From assembly GCA_002256025.1 (NCBI GenBank), contig NKIB01015169.1, positions 1 through 37,873 of the forward strand: a DNA stretch of 37,873 bases, given 5' to 3'. How positions within the stretch are numbered: the first letter of the stretch is position 1; each line of letters begins with the position of its first letter. The notes beneath the pieces are model-generated. The model did not search any database, was not told the origin of the DNA, and saw only the letters and a list, made by a program, of their open reading frames with translations. Of the stretch, positions 11,476 through 22,899 are shown in pieces. This DNA comes from Asterionella formosa. Taxonomy: Eukaryota. The position numbers and the translations under genes were made by a program.

Positions 11476-12310
11476 TTAAAAAAAGATCACGGCGATTTGC
11501 TTCATTTTGTGGTGTGTCGGAAGCAATTTCTGCTGTGAATTACGGTCTCTGACATAAAAAATTTGGCTCCATTCTTTGGCCTTCAAGAAATATTGCATTC
11601 TTTTACTAAGAGTGACAAGTTGATTCATTTACTTCTATAGCTCATGGTGGGGCACATGTTCCATGGCGGTTAAACGCAACTAAATAGATATTTGATATTA
11701 AGTTTTCTACACAAATGTGTATGTGTATTTCCGGGAGATGCTGGCTCAATGGTATAATATTGTTTTGGCCACTTTTGCTACTTTCCGACACATTTATCTG
11801 ATTATCTAAGACACATGACCTAATCGACAACTAGATCTCTTGTATCCGGCACAACAACAGGAACAAAACTTTGTCGTACTAAAAATAGTCATAACTGGAA
11901 AATTGGAAAAAATCTATGCATACACTGTAAATATTATATCCTCAAGTGGCTCAAAGCCATTTTTAACTGGTAGCTACCAATGTGGTTTTATCTTCCTTTT
12001 TGAAATTAAGCATCAAAAAGAACTGCCTGAAGCAAGGTTGAAACTCCTGATTTTGAAGATCTGGTAATCGAGATATTTAGCTCGATCTTTTCTCAGATAA
12101 AAAACGTGTTTTACCGAAAAAACCTTCCAGTCACAACAGTAACTACATAGACTCACATCAAAAATGGGCAAGCTGGATAATAGGTCAGTGCAGTCTATAC
12201 AATAGAGGACTGTATCCAGTCATATGCATATATGTTTTGTATGTATTCAGCAAAAATTGGTTCAACAGAAAGTCAAGGTAGTGGAGTAACTTATGGTAGA
12301 TGACAAACCA

Positions 12311-14005
12311 CTAAAAATCAGTTATCGGTTGAATGGCTTCTCCTCCTGTAAATTTTTCAAGTTGTGTCAGCTCCAATCTACAGACAAAAACATAGCACCA
12401 AATGAGAATTTTACCTCCTTGCTCCCATGCTTTCACCTCCTTGGCCAACTCACCTACTTTGTCAGCTTCAATATCTTCTTCTGTTCGATCCAATGCGTCA
12501 GCCTCCCATCTCACTGTTCTCGTGGCAATTTCACTGTTGAAGCTTGTTGGCGAAAGGAAACCTCTCGATGATTTAAAAGCAAACGACTTCTCCTCCGCCA
12601 CCACCTCTGCCCCCAAGCCCATTAGACGTTCACGAAAGGACTTCCTTGACTGTCCTGCTGCCTTCATAAGATCTCGTCGATCCTGAATTGAGTCCAATTC
12701 GTCTGCTTCGAGTACTTCCTTGACTCTTTCATCATCGTCACTCATCGCTCCAGTCTCCTTTTTCGATCTCTTTTTCTTCTTCTTTCGCTTTTCGGGTATG
12801 CTCGACGCAACACTGCGTTGCATTGAGAAGAAAGACTTCTCCTCGTCCATTTCCTCATCCATCAATCCTGCAGTGGCCGCACCAAAGAAATCATCTAACG
12901 ATCCAAATGCATCTACTTTTTTCTTGCTCGATGATCTCTTCTTACCAGGTGATTTCTTCTTCTTGGTGCCCATATGCCCCTTGGGTGACCTGCCCCACTG
13001 ATTCTTCGATTCAGTACCGTCATCACTCATTTGTTGTTCCGTTGCCGAAATATCTGTATCCAGATCGGAATGTTGTTGCTGAACGATGAACATTTCTGGT
13101 GGCGGCTGGGCCTTGCTGGGTATGACAGAGTTGAAAGAGTTGCTCTTGACCATCACTTCATTCTCTTCACTCCCCAACGATGGATCCATGTCCTTCACTG
13201 CCGACAGCAAGGTCCCCCATAAACCAGCAACCTTGCCTTGCTTGTTAATTATTGGCAAGCGTCTTTGACACAGTGTACATTCACTCATAATTTGTACCAA
13301 ACGTGCATGTTGCTCTGTCAATTCTTCCCGCTCCATCTTTTCCAGGGCTAATTTTCGTCCAACTTGAAAACACGAATCTTCCAATTTTTGTACCCACAGT
13401 GCTTGATCTGTCCCAAGTGCTTCTTTTAGCTGCTTTTGCAAATACGCCTTCTCCTTGATCAATTGTTGTGATTTGGCTTGTTCGTGGTCCAATTCTGTTT
13501 GTACTTGTGCCATGGATGCAGTCAATGCCACATACTCCAATTCCAGTGTACGATATTTGATATTGGCATTTTGTCTCATGGTAAGCAGAGCAGTATGGCA
13601 GTCTTGAAGTTGTGTCTTGAGTTCACTGACTGTGGCGATTCTGGAAAAGTACTTTTTGTTGTTCATGGTGAGATTGTTTTGACTAGTATTATTAGTAGGA
13701 GTACTACTCCCCCCATCCGAGTGCATTCGATCGACTGTGAGTTTAGATTTGGTCCTTGGCGAGGAAACAAGTGATGGTTGCTCATCATGATTATTATTAC
13801 TGTTTTTGTTGGAGTTTTCCAAAGTAGTAGTAGTAATATTCATTTTAGAGGATTTGTCCAAGGATTCATCGTGACCAAACAACAATACTTGCCGATTTTT
13901 CTGATTAGAGGACGATAGAACAACATCCACCTTATTCATAACATGAACGGCTCGTTCTTGAGGTGATGCCTTTATGGAGGCAGGGACAGATAGGGCAGTC
14001 GACAT
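12311..14005 (-). CDS. Hypothetical coiled-coil protein with Lys-rich patches; probable 69-nt intron 12346-12414
   Basis: ~560-codon ORF with a heptad-like E/Q/K/L segment, CTLC and KKKKSPGKKR. GTAAAA...CTGAC...TTTACAG near the 3' end. Confidence 0.8.
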   Translation of the reverse strand: MSTALSVPASIKASPQERAVHVMNKVDVVLSSSNQKNRQVLLFGHDESLDKSSKMNITTTTLENSNKNSNNNHDEQPSLVSSPRTKSKLTVDRMHSDGGSSTPTNNTSQNNLTMNNKKYFSRIATVSELKTQLQDCHTALLTMRQNANIKYRTLELEYVALTASMAQVQTELDHEQAKSQQLIKEKAYLQKQLKEALGTDQALWVQKLEDSCFQVGRKLALEKMEREELTEQHARLVQIMSECTLCQRRLPIINKQGKVAGLWGTLLSAVKDMDPSLGSEENEVMVKSNSFNSVIPSKAQPPPEMFIVQQQHSDLDTDISATEQQMSDDGTESKNQWGRSPKGHMGTKKKKSPGKKRSSSKKKVDAFGSLDDFFGAATAGLMDEEMDEEKSFFSMQRSVASSIPEKRKKKKKRSKKETGAMSDDDERVKEVLEADELDSIQDRRDLMKAAGQSRKSFRERLMGLGAEVVAEEKSFAFKSSRGFLSPTSFNSEIATRTVRWEADALDRTEEDIEADKVGELAKEVKAWEQGGKILIWCYVFVCRLELTQLEKFTGGEAIQPITDF

Positions 14006-15004
14006 TATGTAACACAAAATCCCTCACTGTACTACTACACAAACTTGTTGTTGTTTGATTCTCTCTCGTTCACCTCTACTTTCGTTGGCAGAAAGGGAAT
14101 CAAAGATTGTATAGAGACGGACGCAGTTAGAATGATAGTAGATGTGTTTGATAATGGTGAAACGCTCATGGATCAAGAATACCCGGTACTCCGTTCGGAG
14201 GATGGAATTGGTAACGTTACATATATATAGTACTGGTAGAATTTTTATCATACAGGTACACAGATGCATGCAGTATGTAGTAGACTAGGGGTCTACCGCA
14301 AGAGTTTTGCGATGTTGTTGTTGTCGTGTCTGTAATTTTTTTATCAAGACACAATATTTATCAGAAGTAGCAGATGTGTAACAAGGCTCCAGGGCTTAAG
14401 TTCTGCTTATCGCACCATGTAAATGCTTCTTTATATCATTTATATATATTTGGTACTGTGTAATGCTGTATTTGTATCAAACATCTATATGTGGTAGTAT
14501 ATCGAATTCGTCGATTAAATATTGGGATAAAATTGTAGAATACACTTTAGTGGGGGAAACAAGTACTAGAACTTGAGTGATGCATCACGTCGAAGCAATT
14601 ATTAAAGGTAGGAGCTATGTCTTCCTGGTACCGCCTGGTACCAGGTACCGGTTGGTAGTAACAAAAGTTGCCGCCCGCCAGCGAGGGGCGAGTGATTCGC
14701 ATCGTAAATGGATTACATAGCTGCCGGTCGAGTACCGGTGCATCCATTACATAATACAAGATGCCGGACAATGCGTCGGTTTATAATAAGGAGTAGACTA
14801 CCTGTACCAGTAGGTCTATGTTGGTGCATTGTGGTGCAGGGACGACATGACGTCAGCACGGAGTCACTTCGAAATATTATTGTTGCACATGTGCACCTGT
14901 TCAATATCCCTCTCCAACATTGCATATGCACATCAGCACAGAAGTGGAAAAATACACAGCAAATGTGTGTCATGGTTGAAATCGGTCACAGGTTGTTGCT
15001 ATTG

Positions 15005-17030
15005 TTACCATGCCATATCTTTGATTTTACTAACCAATTTTGAGTGGAGAAACTGGGGATGGAGGCTGTGGAAACTGTCTCTGTTGCCATCATCGCAATG
15101 ATTCTGGAAGCATGCGATGATCCGCTTGATGAATTTTAGATCAAAGAGTCGCATCCTTTCAGTCACCTCTGAGTGGAGGAAACGCTCCATTTTGCTCACA
15201 TGATTCAAGATCAATTCAAGCTTCTCATGAGAATTTTTCGTTTTGGCAACCTCAAAAATCTCGTCAAATTCAATGGACCCACTTTTCCGGTTTTTCTTTG
15301 GTGCTGTTGGGATGGTAGCAGCATCAGTTATCCCAATTGTGGTAACAGTCTAATTAGAACCAGCATTTTTCATTGAATCTTGATTCATTGTAGTAGCAGT
15401 AATAGCATTGGAATACATTCGATTTTTCTTCATTCTTCATAACTTGTGCATGTACAATACTGCTTTTGATTAGGCCGCGTAGTTTTTCTGCAGGAGGGGC
15501 AGCGAGGTTGTTCAAAGAAACTTCGAGCTGTTCATTGGCATTCTGTGGCCATACATAGCTCATAGCAAGAGCACAGATGTGCAAAGGACTGAAGGAGCTT
15601 GGTTGTGACCTTGGGACATTCATTTGCTTGTGTACATACCGTGTAGCGTGCTCAGAAATTTTGCACTGAAAGACCACCAAGGGTAGTAAGTTTAATACTA
15701 GTGTATCTGTAGTCACTTTGACAAAAATAGACTCAAATGGTGTACACACTTTGTTGTTTAAATGATTGTTGTGTAGGTGGTCAATTGCTAGTTGGTCATC
15801 TGCATCCTCAACATATAGAATTGCAGTCTTCAGTGACTGGTGACAAGCAGATTTCATCAAGACTTCCACTGCTCAACCACCCCAACAACCAAACAGGTAC
15901 CCCGTCCTTCAGAACATGTGCATAACATCCTTTAGATTCTATAAACCAAGCACCTCCCTAACAAGTTTAGTTAACCTGTTTGTTCCCAATTTGTAGGACA
16001 TCTGAGTAACACAGATGCTCTTGGGCAGTGGACATTTCAATTTGTAAGAAAACTGGGGGAATGAACCACTTCTTCCCAAAGACTTCTTTGAGACATAGAG
16101 CTTGGATATTTCCAGCATCATCAAAGGTAAAATGCTTTGCTTCAAATGGTCAAGCTTAATGTCCACAAAGACATCAAAGCGAAGGAACAGACAAATAAAA
16201 ACCTGGATGATTTTCCATGGTCGCAAGTCAGTTACGGAATTGCTCGACAAGAGACAACAATCAGGCAACTGTCGGACCCAGCAAGGTAGTAGGAGCTGCT
16301 CTGTAGGCTGCCTTAAATAGTCTTGTCTATCCATCCCAATTCTATCCAAACAATCTGTAAAGACTGAATCGTATGCAGGATTATCAGATCTAAGTAGAGC
16401 AGGATGGCCCTGCTTGCTTGTGGGTACAGCATCCCTTATACCACTCATCAAAGGGCCTATCACAAAAATCCTGACAAGCCTGTATGAAGTTACCAGTTTG
16501 ATTGTGAGCCTTAGTATGAATGCAGCACCATACTGGAGTACGAAATCTTTTACACTTTTCAGGAGCATTCCAATCCCCACGACATTTTATAAGATGCCCC
16601 ATGATGACATCAACCACTTCCTTTCCTCCAAGATCCAATAATGTCATGCTAGACGCATAGCATTTCCACCATACATAGTGCATTACAAGAGATTCTACCT
16701 TCATGGATGGACAGTTTGCAGGACATTTGTCCCTAAGCATCAACAGTGACTCATAATCACCAATCAATTTGAAGAATTGTTTTAGACCACGAAAGTGAAC
16801 CTCATAGCTTATCTCTGTACAATATCGTAGTTCACTTGTACCAGTCAATTCAGCCAAATGTTGGTCAACAGATGTTTAACAGATGTATTTTAAAATTTGT
16901 CCAAAGCATTCAGAATTCCTTGGGATACCTTATCTTCAACATCTGCTGGTGGTATATCTTTGGCATACAAGACGTCCCAAGGTAGATAGGCAAGCTTTTT
17001 AGTCTCGCTGGGTGCATTCTTCTTACTCAT
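15005..17030 (-). mobile_element. Decayed tyrosine-recombinase gene of a Crypton-like DNA element
   Basis: One frame carries LFLRFD (R, 16179-16181) and then HMF*RTGYLFGCWGG*AVEVLMKSACHQSLKTAILYVEDA (H-x-x-R ... H ... Y order of tyrosine recombinases). Upstream fragments read HFRGLKQFFKLIGDYES...CPSM plus a Cys/His-rich region. Multiple stops and frameshifts. Confidence 0.7.
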
Positions 17031-17770
17031 TCTGACAAGAATTCAAGGAGTAGTATAGTAGCTCTGGATGCGAAATTGGCAAGTTAAGTGAACAAATTAT
17101 TCAACAAATATTGGCGGGCTGTAATTTTGAGGATCACATGTATTCCTATACAGTTATGGATATTAATATAGTTACACGGATTTGATGTTGTCTGGTGCAA
17201 TTCAGGTTTCTCTAAGTATTGTGGAGCAACTGCCAACAATGGGCAGCCAGTTGTTTTGACTAATAATTTTTACTCTTTCATCCTCTTTTGGGAAAAGTCT
17301 CAGAATTCTACCATTGCATGTCAATATAATTATAAGCAGACTCTAGATACAGTTCAATTGGGTTTGATAAACCTCGTACAAGTACAGCTGGGCTCAGAGG
17401 TCAGTAATATGCTGCCGTATCATATACTGATACAGCTCCAGAAGCAGTATCACACCAGTGTACCAGTAATGTACTATCAATTTATTTTCCAAATACCATA
17501 ATGTTCTAGAATGTTACCTTTTACTGGACTAGCTTGCCAGTATCCTGCTATGTAGGAATCTTACAGAAAATCCAGCATATCTTGTAAAAAGCATGGGAGA
17601 GCAGAATTTCACATCCTCGCCCTTGGGCTAGCTAGCAACCACACCAAAAGTAGAAAAAAACAGCATGACTGTAACAAACTATGATACAGTCGATGTTAAG
17701 CCAGTAAATCGAAAACTTTCTTGATGTATGTATGATTAACATAAGCGCAGGTCCATTGTCATGTTTTCCA

Positions 17771-17796
17771 TTTAAGTAAAATGACCGCAACTTGCT
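17771..17796. repeat. Solo terminal repeat of the MITE family
   Basis: TTTAAGTAAAATGACCGCAACTTGCT matches the end of copies B and C. Confidence 0.7.
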
Positions 17797-18130
17797 GATA
17801 ATGGGTAATTCTGTATCAAGATATACTCGTGTTGTGGTGCTAGTAGACTACTACTGCTTTAGAAAATTTACAGTATTGCTGCAAGGGAGTACCAGTAGTT
17901 TGATTTTCTTTCTTGGCTTGCTTGTATCATTTTGTAAATCCTTAAGTTGCAATTAATGAAGCTTTAAAGTCTTGTTGGACTAAATGGATCCCCAAACCCG
18001 AATTCAATTGTTGCTATGTGACATAGTTATAGTGCTCATACAAATCATGTATTCAATCTATACTAGCCTAGTGACATTCAGTTCGCCTGCCATGGCCTTA
18101 AAAAAGAAAAACAAATTTTGGTCCAGCAGC

Positions 18131-19464
18131 TCATCGAAGAAGGTGTATGGGAATATCAGACCAATACACTGGCTTCACCCCCATACTTTCATCTAGTTCG
18201 TCGCTGGTCTTGTCGAAGTCAGGAGGTACAAAATACATGGCATCTGCCACATCCAGCATGCTCGTCTTGGACAATTGGTACAAGGGCATGAGTCGGAAGG
18301 GCTGCTCATACAAATGTGAAATCTCATCCAGACCCAACATGGCAAAGCCAACTGCTAATGTAGCCGTAATAGTCACCACCGCACAAGAGCAAGCGCCATG
18401 TAGGGCAAGTGGCAATACAGTCAGATATAAGACCAATAATCGGGTCGCATGGTGAGTATAAATGGGAGGAATAGGAGTGGCTCGGCTTGCCTCACAAATC
18501 ATAATGACATTATTGAGTTCCGAAATGCACTTTTCGAGTGCATTGTGTTGTGGGTTTTTGAGTTGGTTGTCATCGTTTAACTGGCAAACACATTGTCTTA
18601 AGCGAGCAATCAATGCTACAGGTCGTTTCCGTTGACGTAGAACATAAGCGGCATCCACTGGATTTGGTAGCATCGTATGAACAATATCATCGTCTGCGGT
18701 ATCTCTCATGTGAGATTTGAGCATCCATCCAAAAAGAGAGACATGACGAGCTGTGTGTGTGTGTGTGTTCGAGAGAGGCATAAATCTGTTAGGAAATGTA
18801 GCCATCGTTATGCAAATCCAAGGTGACAAAACATACCCATTAGCAACCCCATTTTCTTGTCTCTTGGATACACGTAAGTTGCAATTAACATTGTAATGTC
18901 TCTTGTGAACAAAACAGCACGTCCCCAAGCCATTCGGCCCTCGATGAGTCTACTCAATCCTTGGTTAGACCGCAGCGTGAGAAGAAATGCGACAAAGGTC
19001 GACATCAATGAGAGTGGTGTCAGTCCAATGTCGATTTTTGCAGCATACCTAACGCCCCAACAAGACCACAACAGCAACACGACAAGCTGAGGAAAGATGC
19101 GTCGCATCAGACTTGAGGTTGGCATACTTGCCATGCAGCGAAAATATCTCAAGCGTGAGATGTGTCTGTCCCATCTATCGAGCGACCAAATGTTGGAAAA
19201 GGAGCTCTTCAAATTACGAAAGGTGGGTGGGAGCGATGGATCCACAGGGTGGCTGCGTAGATCTTTAAGTACCTTTGCTACATCATCTGCAAATCTTTCG
19301 ATATTGTCCTCGTTGTCAATGGCATGAGCCATAGAAAATGCTTTGAAACGGAAACGTTGCTTCGGCGCAAGAGAAAATCTGACTGTGGGCAAGGCAATTC
19401 TAAAGCCTCGACAAGGAGCCAACCCGATCAGTATAAGTATCAAAATAGTTGTCGATAACGGCAT
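18131..19464 (-). CDS. Bestrophin-like (UPF0187/VCCN1/BST-type) anion channel, predicted plastid-targeted; exons 19464-18837 and 18750-18131
   Basis: Motifs FLLTLRSNQGLSRLIEGRMAWG, CEASRATPIPPIYT, LPLAL and LGLDEISHLYEQPF. A GTATGT...CAG intron (18751-18836) gives LLM|ARH. Signal peptide MPLSTTILILILIGLAPCRG is followed by F. Confidence 0.9.
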
Positions 19465-22314
19465 TCTTCCTTTGTGCAAATTTGCAAGAATCATCGAGAC
19501 GAATGGTATTATTTGTGATTTATATTTTGCTTTCATCCAATAAAAACATTATCGCTTCCTGCTTGTTTTCAAGTTTTTGGTATTGTAGCATGTATCATAT
19601 CATTAATGGTAATTGACGTATTCTTAAATACACAGCATGAACATTTAGAATGACATTGATGAGCACAACAGCAACATCAACCAAGACTTGATGATGACGA
19701 TGCTGAGCGAAGATATGATTGTTAACAACATTCTTGTACCGGTAGTATGCTGGCTGATGGATATGCCTGGTGTCAAATATGTACAACTTGCATTGAGTCA
19801 AGTTTTCGTAGCACTGTACGACCAGGAGGTAGTACATAGCTTCTCGTCACGTCAGAATCATTACCAGATACTCCGTACCAGGGATCACCTGGTACTGGCA
19901 CCTGGTCCTGGTACCACGGCCTGGTGAGGAGGTACTGGCACTGTAATACTGTATGATGTCGTCAAGTTACACTTTCTGTATAGGCGAGAGACAACTGTGT
20001 ACAAAATCAAAATGAAAGCAGTACCGTAGCACTACATATCGGTAACGACATTTGCTGCTGACGTCTACAGGTCGTCATCGCAAATTCCTGACGACAAGCA
20101 AGCAGGCATTTCTGTGAATGATTCAACCCTGACGTATAGCTATATGCACTCCTGACGAGACGATGACGAAATTTTTTTTTGGCTGTTGTGCTGGGAGTGA
20201 ATTGCTTTAACGGTCGTAGCACAGGTATTTACCAGTCATCAGCAGTCAGCATCCATCAAAGTAATAAGGATACATCTATACAAAAGGACAGAGAGTTGAA
20301 TTCAATCCGGAAGAATGGAAATAAAATGGCAAACATAATTATAACAAGACGAAATTCCTCAGTAAACACTGGAACTCAAACATTGGGAACTCAAATATTC
20401 GACATGGAGATTTAAGTGGCGCCTCTAGCTGCTGCACCAGTGCACATATCAGAGGAACACATCATCCAGCAGCTGGATAGTTAGAAAACGGAGAAAATGG
20501 CAAAAAGCGGGCAGCAATACATTCACGCATTCTTCCCAGCCAGGGGCAGGTAGGCCTACAGCAGCATCTCACACCAACCATCAGTGAGGCCGAGTCCTCT
20601 GCCACCAAAAAGCACAAACTAAGATTCGCACCATTCTTCACAGTCACCTAGCAATGTGAAGAATTGATATATTGAAGCATTCTCTGCACCTTATAGCACC
20701 TCTATGCACTCCCTCACCCCTTGACAGGAAATCAATAGGGCGCTCTTACAACCACCATCCCTGCTTGACAGCGCCAGAAGTCAACATGTATGTTATGCTG
20801 AAATCAGGAGGGCTAGTATTTTCGTAACACAGGCTGTTCACGCCAGGAAGTGACATGCAAGCAGCCTTATCCCCAATAGAGTAGTTTTAAGGGCTATAAA
20901 AGTGTTTTTTTTATTAGACTACCGATATAGCTGGGATTCTCCCCTAGATGCACTCTATTGCCCAAGAAGATATATAAATTTGTTCAAAAAGATTGATGAA
21001 GTTGAAAGTGGGCCGCCCATAATGACTTTACAAAGAGTTTAAGTTGGCCACTCTTGAGATACCAGATCTTGAGGTAGCTATGGTGCATTAACGATGGAGC
21101 GAGGATACTTAACTTGACATTTAGCTCAACATGGATCCTAATTTCTGCACAACTTTCCGATACTAAATGCTATCGATTCTGCTCATTTGGACAGTCAGGG
21201 TGTTATGAAATTGAATACATCAAACAAATCATGATTTTGCCATGGTAGGGAACAAAATGCTTTAATTAAAGACAACACAACTTTATTATTGACTCCAAAT
21301 TCCATATTTTGAGTAAAGATCATGCATTGTTGGAGCGCTGAGGTTTGCTCATTTTGCAAGGAAGAAATCTATAAGGGAAAGAATATGAAAAGAGAAGCAG
21401 ACAGAATTTTGTCAAAGCATCCAAATGTAAACAAAGGAAACTAAGCCAGCACTAGTACTACTACTACTATCACAAGAATTCTACTAGTACTGGTAGGCAT
21501 CGCCCTTGCACCATGGAGGGCGATGTATATTTACAGCCACATAATCAAATCAGACCACTCTTTGTGTGTATGCAATAAGCTACAAACACATGAAGGAGTC
21601 AACAGAATCAACAAGAAACTCAAGGAGTTTGACAAAAATAACTGGAATCAAATACAATGCATTATTCATTCAATAAGAGTCATGATGATCATGTCACAAC
21701 ATTTCATTTTCATCCAAACAGATCCTAAAGCTGAACAATAATATCAGAGACTAGTAAATGCCTTATTAAAACAAGAAACCAAGTCATCAGCCTCTTCCTC
21801 AGCATTCATCATGACGTTGGTACAGATTAAGTCCTCACCAGTGCCAAAATATGCCCCCTACTCCTATCCATCCTTTTCCCGCCTTGCAGCATCCAAAGTC
21901 ACCACATTTTTTGGGTTGATACTAGGTAGGTTAAGAATTTTATATAACCCAGGCTGTCAATGCCAGGAGGCGCCATGCAGGCTACCCTACTAACATTTGA
22001 GTAGTCTCAAGACACTTGGTAAATGAGGCTAACAATGAAAAGAGAAACAGCAAGCCATTCTTCGTCCTGTAGTCCGGAATTGTTAATAATGTGCAAGGAA
22101 GGAATGGCTGATCAGCCATCAACAGAATCAGCTAGACCTTTGTTGGTGGAGCAAACACACCAATTCTGATTTGTCAATTGATAGCAAAAAAGCTCTCTAG
22201 TATGTTTAGCATCATCTATAGGGCAAGAATAGAGCAACCATGTTGTACATCATGCATTTGGGTTTATTTTTTAACTTGGTACCTCCAATTTCTATGGTGA
22301 TCAACTGACAAACG

Positions 22315-22899
22315 CTATGTTGTTAGCATGGATAGCTTCAATCTTTTGGTACTGATATTGCTTTCAGAAGCATTAATTTTCAATGTAGATCTTTCCTCAG
22401 AATTCTTTCGAATACCCTTCCGACGATACATTTTGAAAGAATCAAATGACTCCACTCGAACAAGCAATGTTGGCTGTGTCCATGCCATGTCATCAAAAAC
22501 AATGGATGAATTCTGCTTTCTGTGCTGCAGTGCATTCTCGTTAGTATCCAACAAGACTGGTTCTGTTTGTCGAATGATTGCTGCATGCGTCGACTTGATA
22601 TACCTTTCTAGTTCCATCTGCAAATCATCATCCTCCAAATTATAGTTTGGCGCTGGCGAGACGACCAACATGGCATCATTGTAGTAGTGACCCATTCTTG
22701 TACTCTCCCCATCATATGCCCATGATGTTGAACAAAAGTCGTACAGAGTAGTAGTAGTAGTAGCAGTAGTAGTAGTAGTCTGACGATATGATTCCATTGA
22801 CAGTGACAGCAGATTGCTGGACTGTGGCTTGTTGCTCCTCGTACTGCCTGTGTTACAAGTACTAGTAGCAGTGTTGGTGACGAATGGATACTGCGACAT
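22315..22899 (-). CDS. Hypothetical protein (194 aa, Thr/Ser-rich)
   Basis: ATG-initiated ORF with a poly-Thr tract from (GTA)n; no recognisable domain. Confidence 0.55.
   Translation of the reverse strand: MSQYPFVTNTATSTCNTGSTRSNKPQSSNLLSLSMESYRQTTTTTATTTTTLYDFCSTSWAYDGESTRMGHYYNDAMLVVSPAPNYNLEDDDLQMELERYIKSTHAAIIRQTEPVLLDTNENALQHRKQNSSIVFDDMAWTQPTLLVRVESFDSFKMYRRKGIRKNSEERSTLKINASESNISTKRLKLSMLTT

Noticed and set aside
9347..11658. ATGTGCCCCA / TGGGGCACAT as TIRs of the two-gene element
   Set aside because: The 10-bp match does not extend on either side.
12293..13774. Plus-strand ORFs overlapping the coiled-coil gene (and similar antisense ORFs over other genes)
   Set aside because: Antisense shadows of real CDSs.
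14683..17624. Inverted GGGCGAG ends bounding the recombinase element
   Set aside because: Match is only ~7-10 bp with gaps and no TSD; could be chance.
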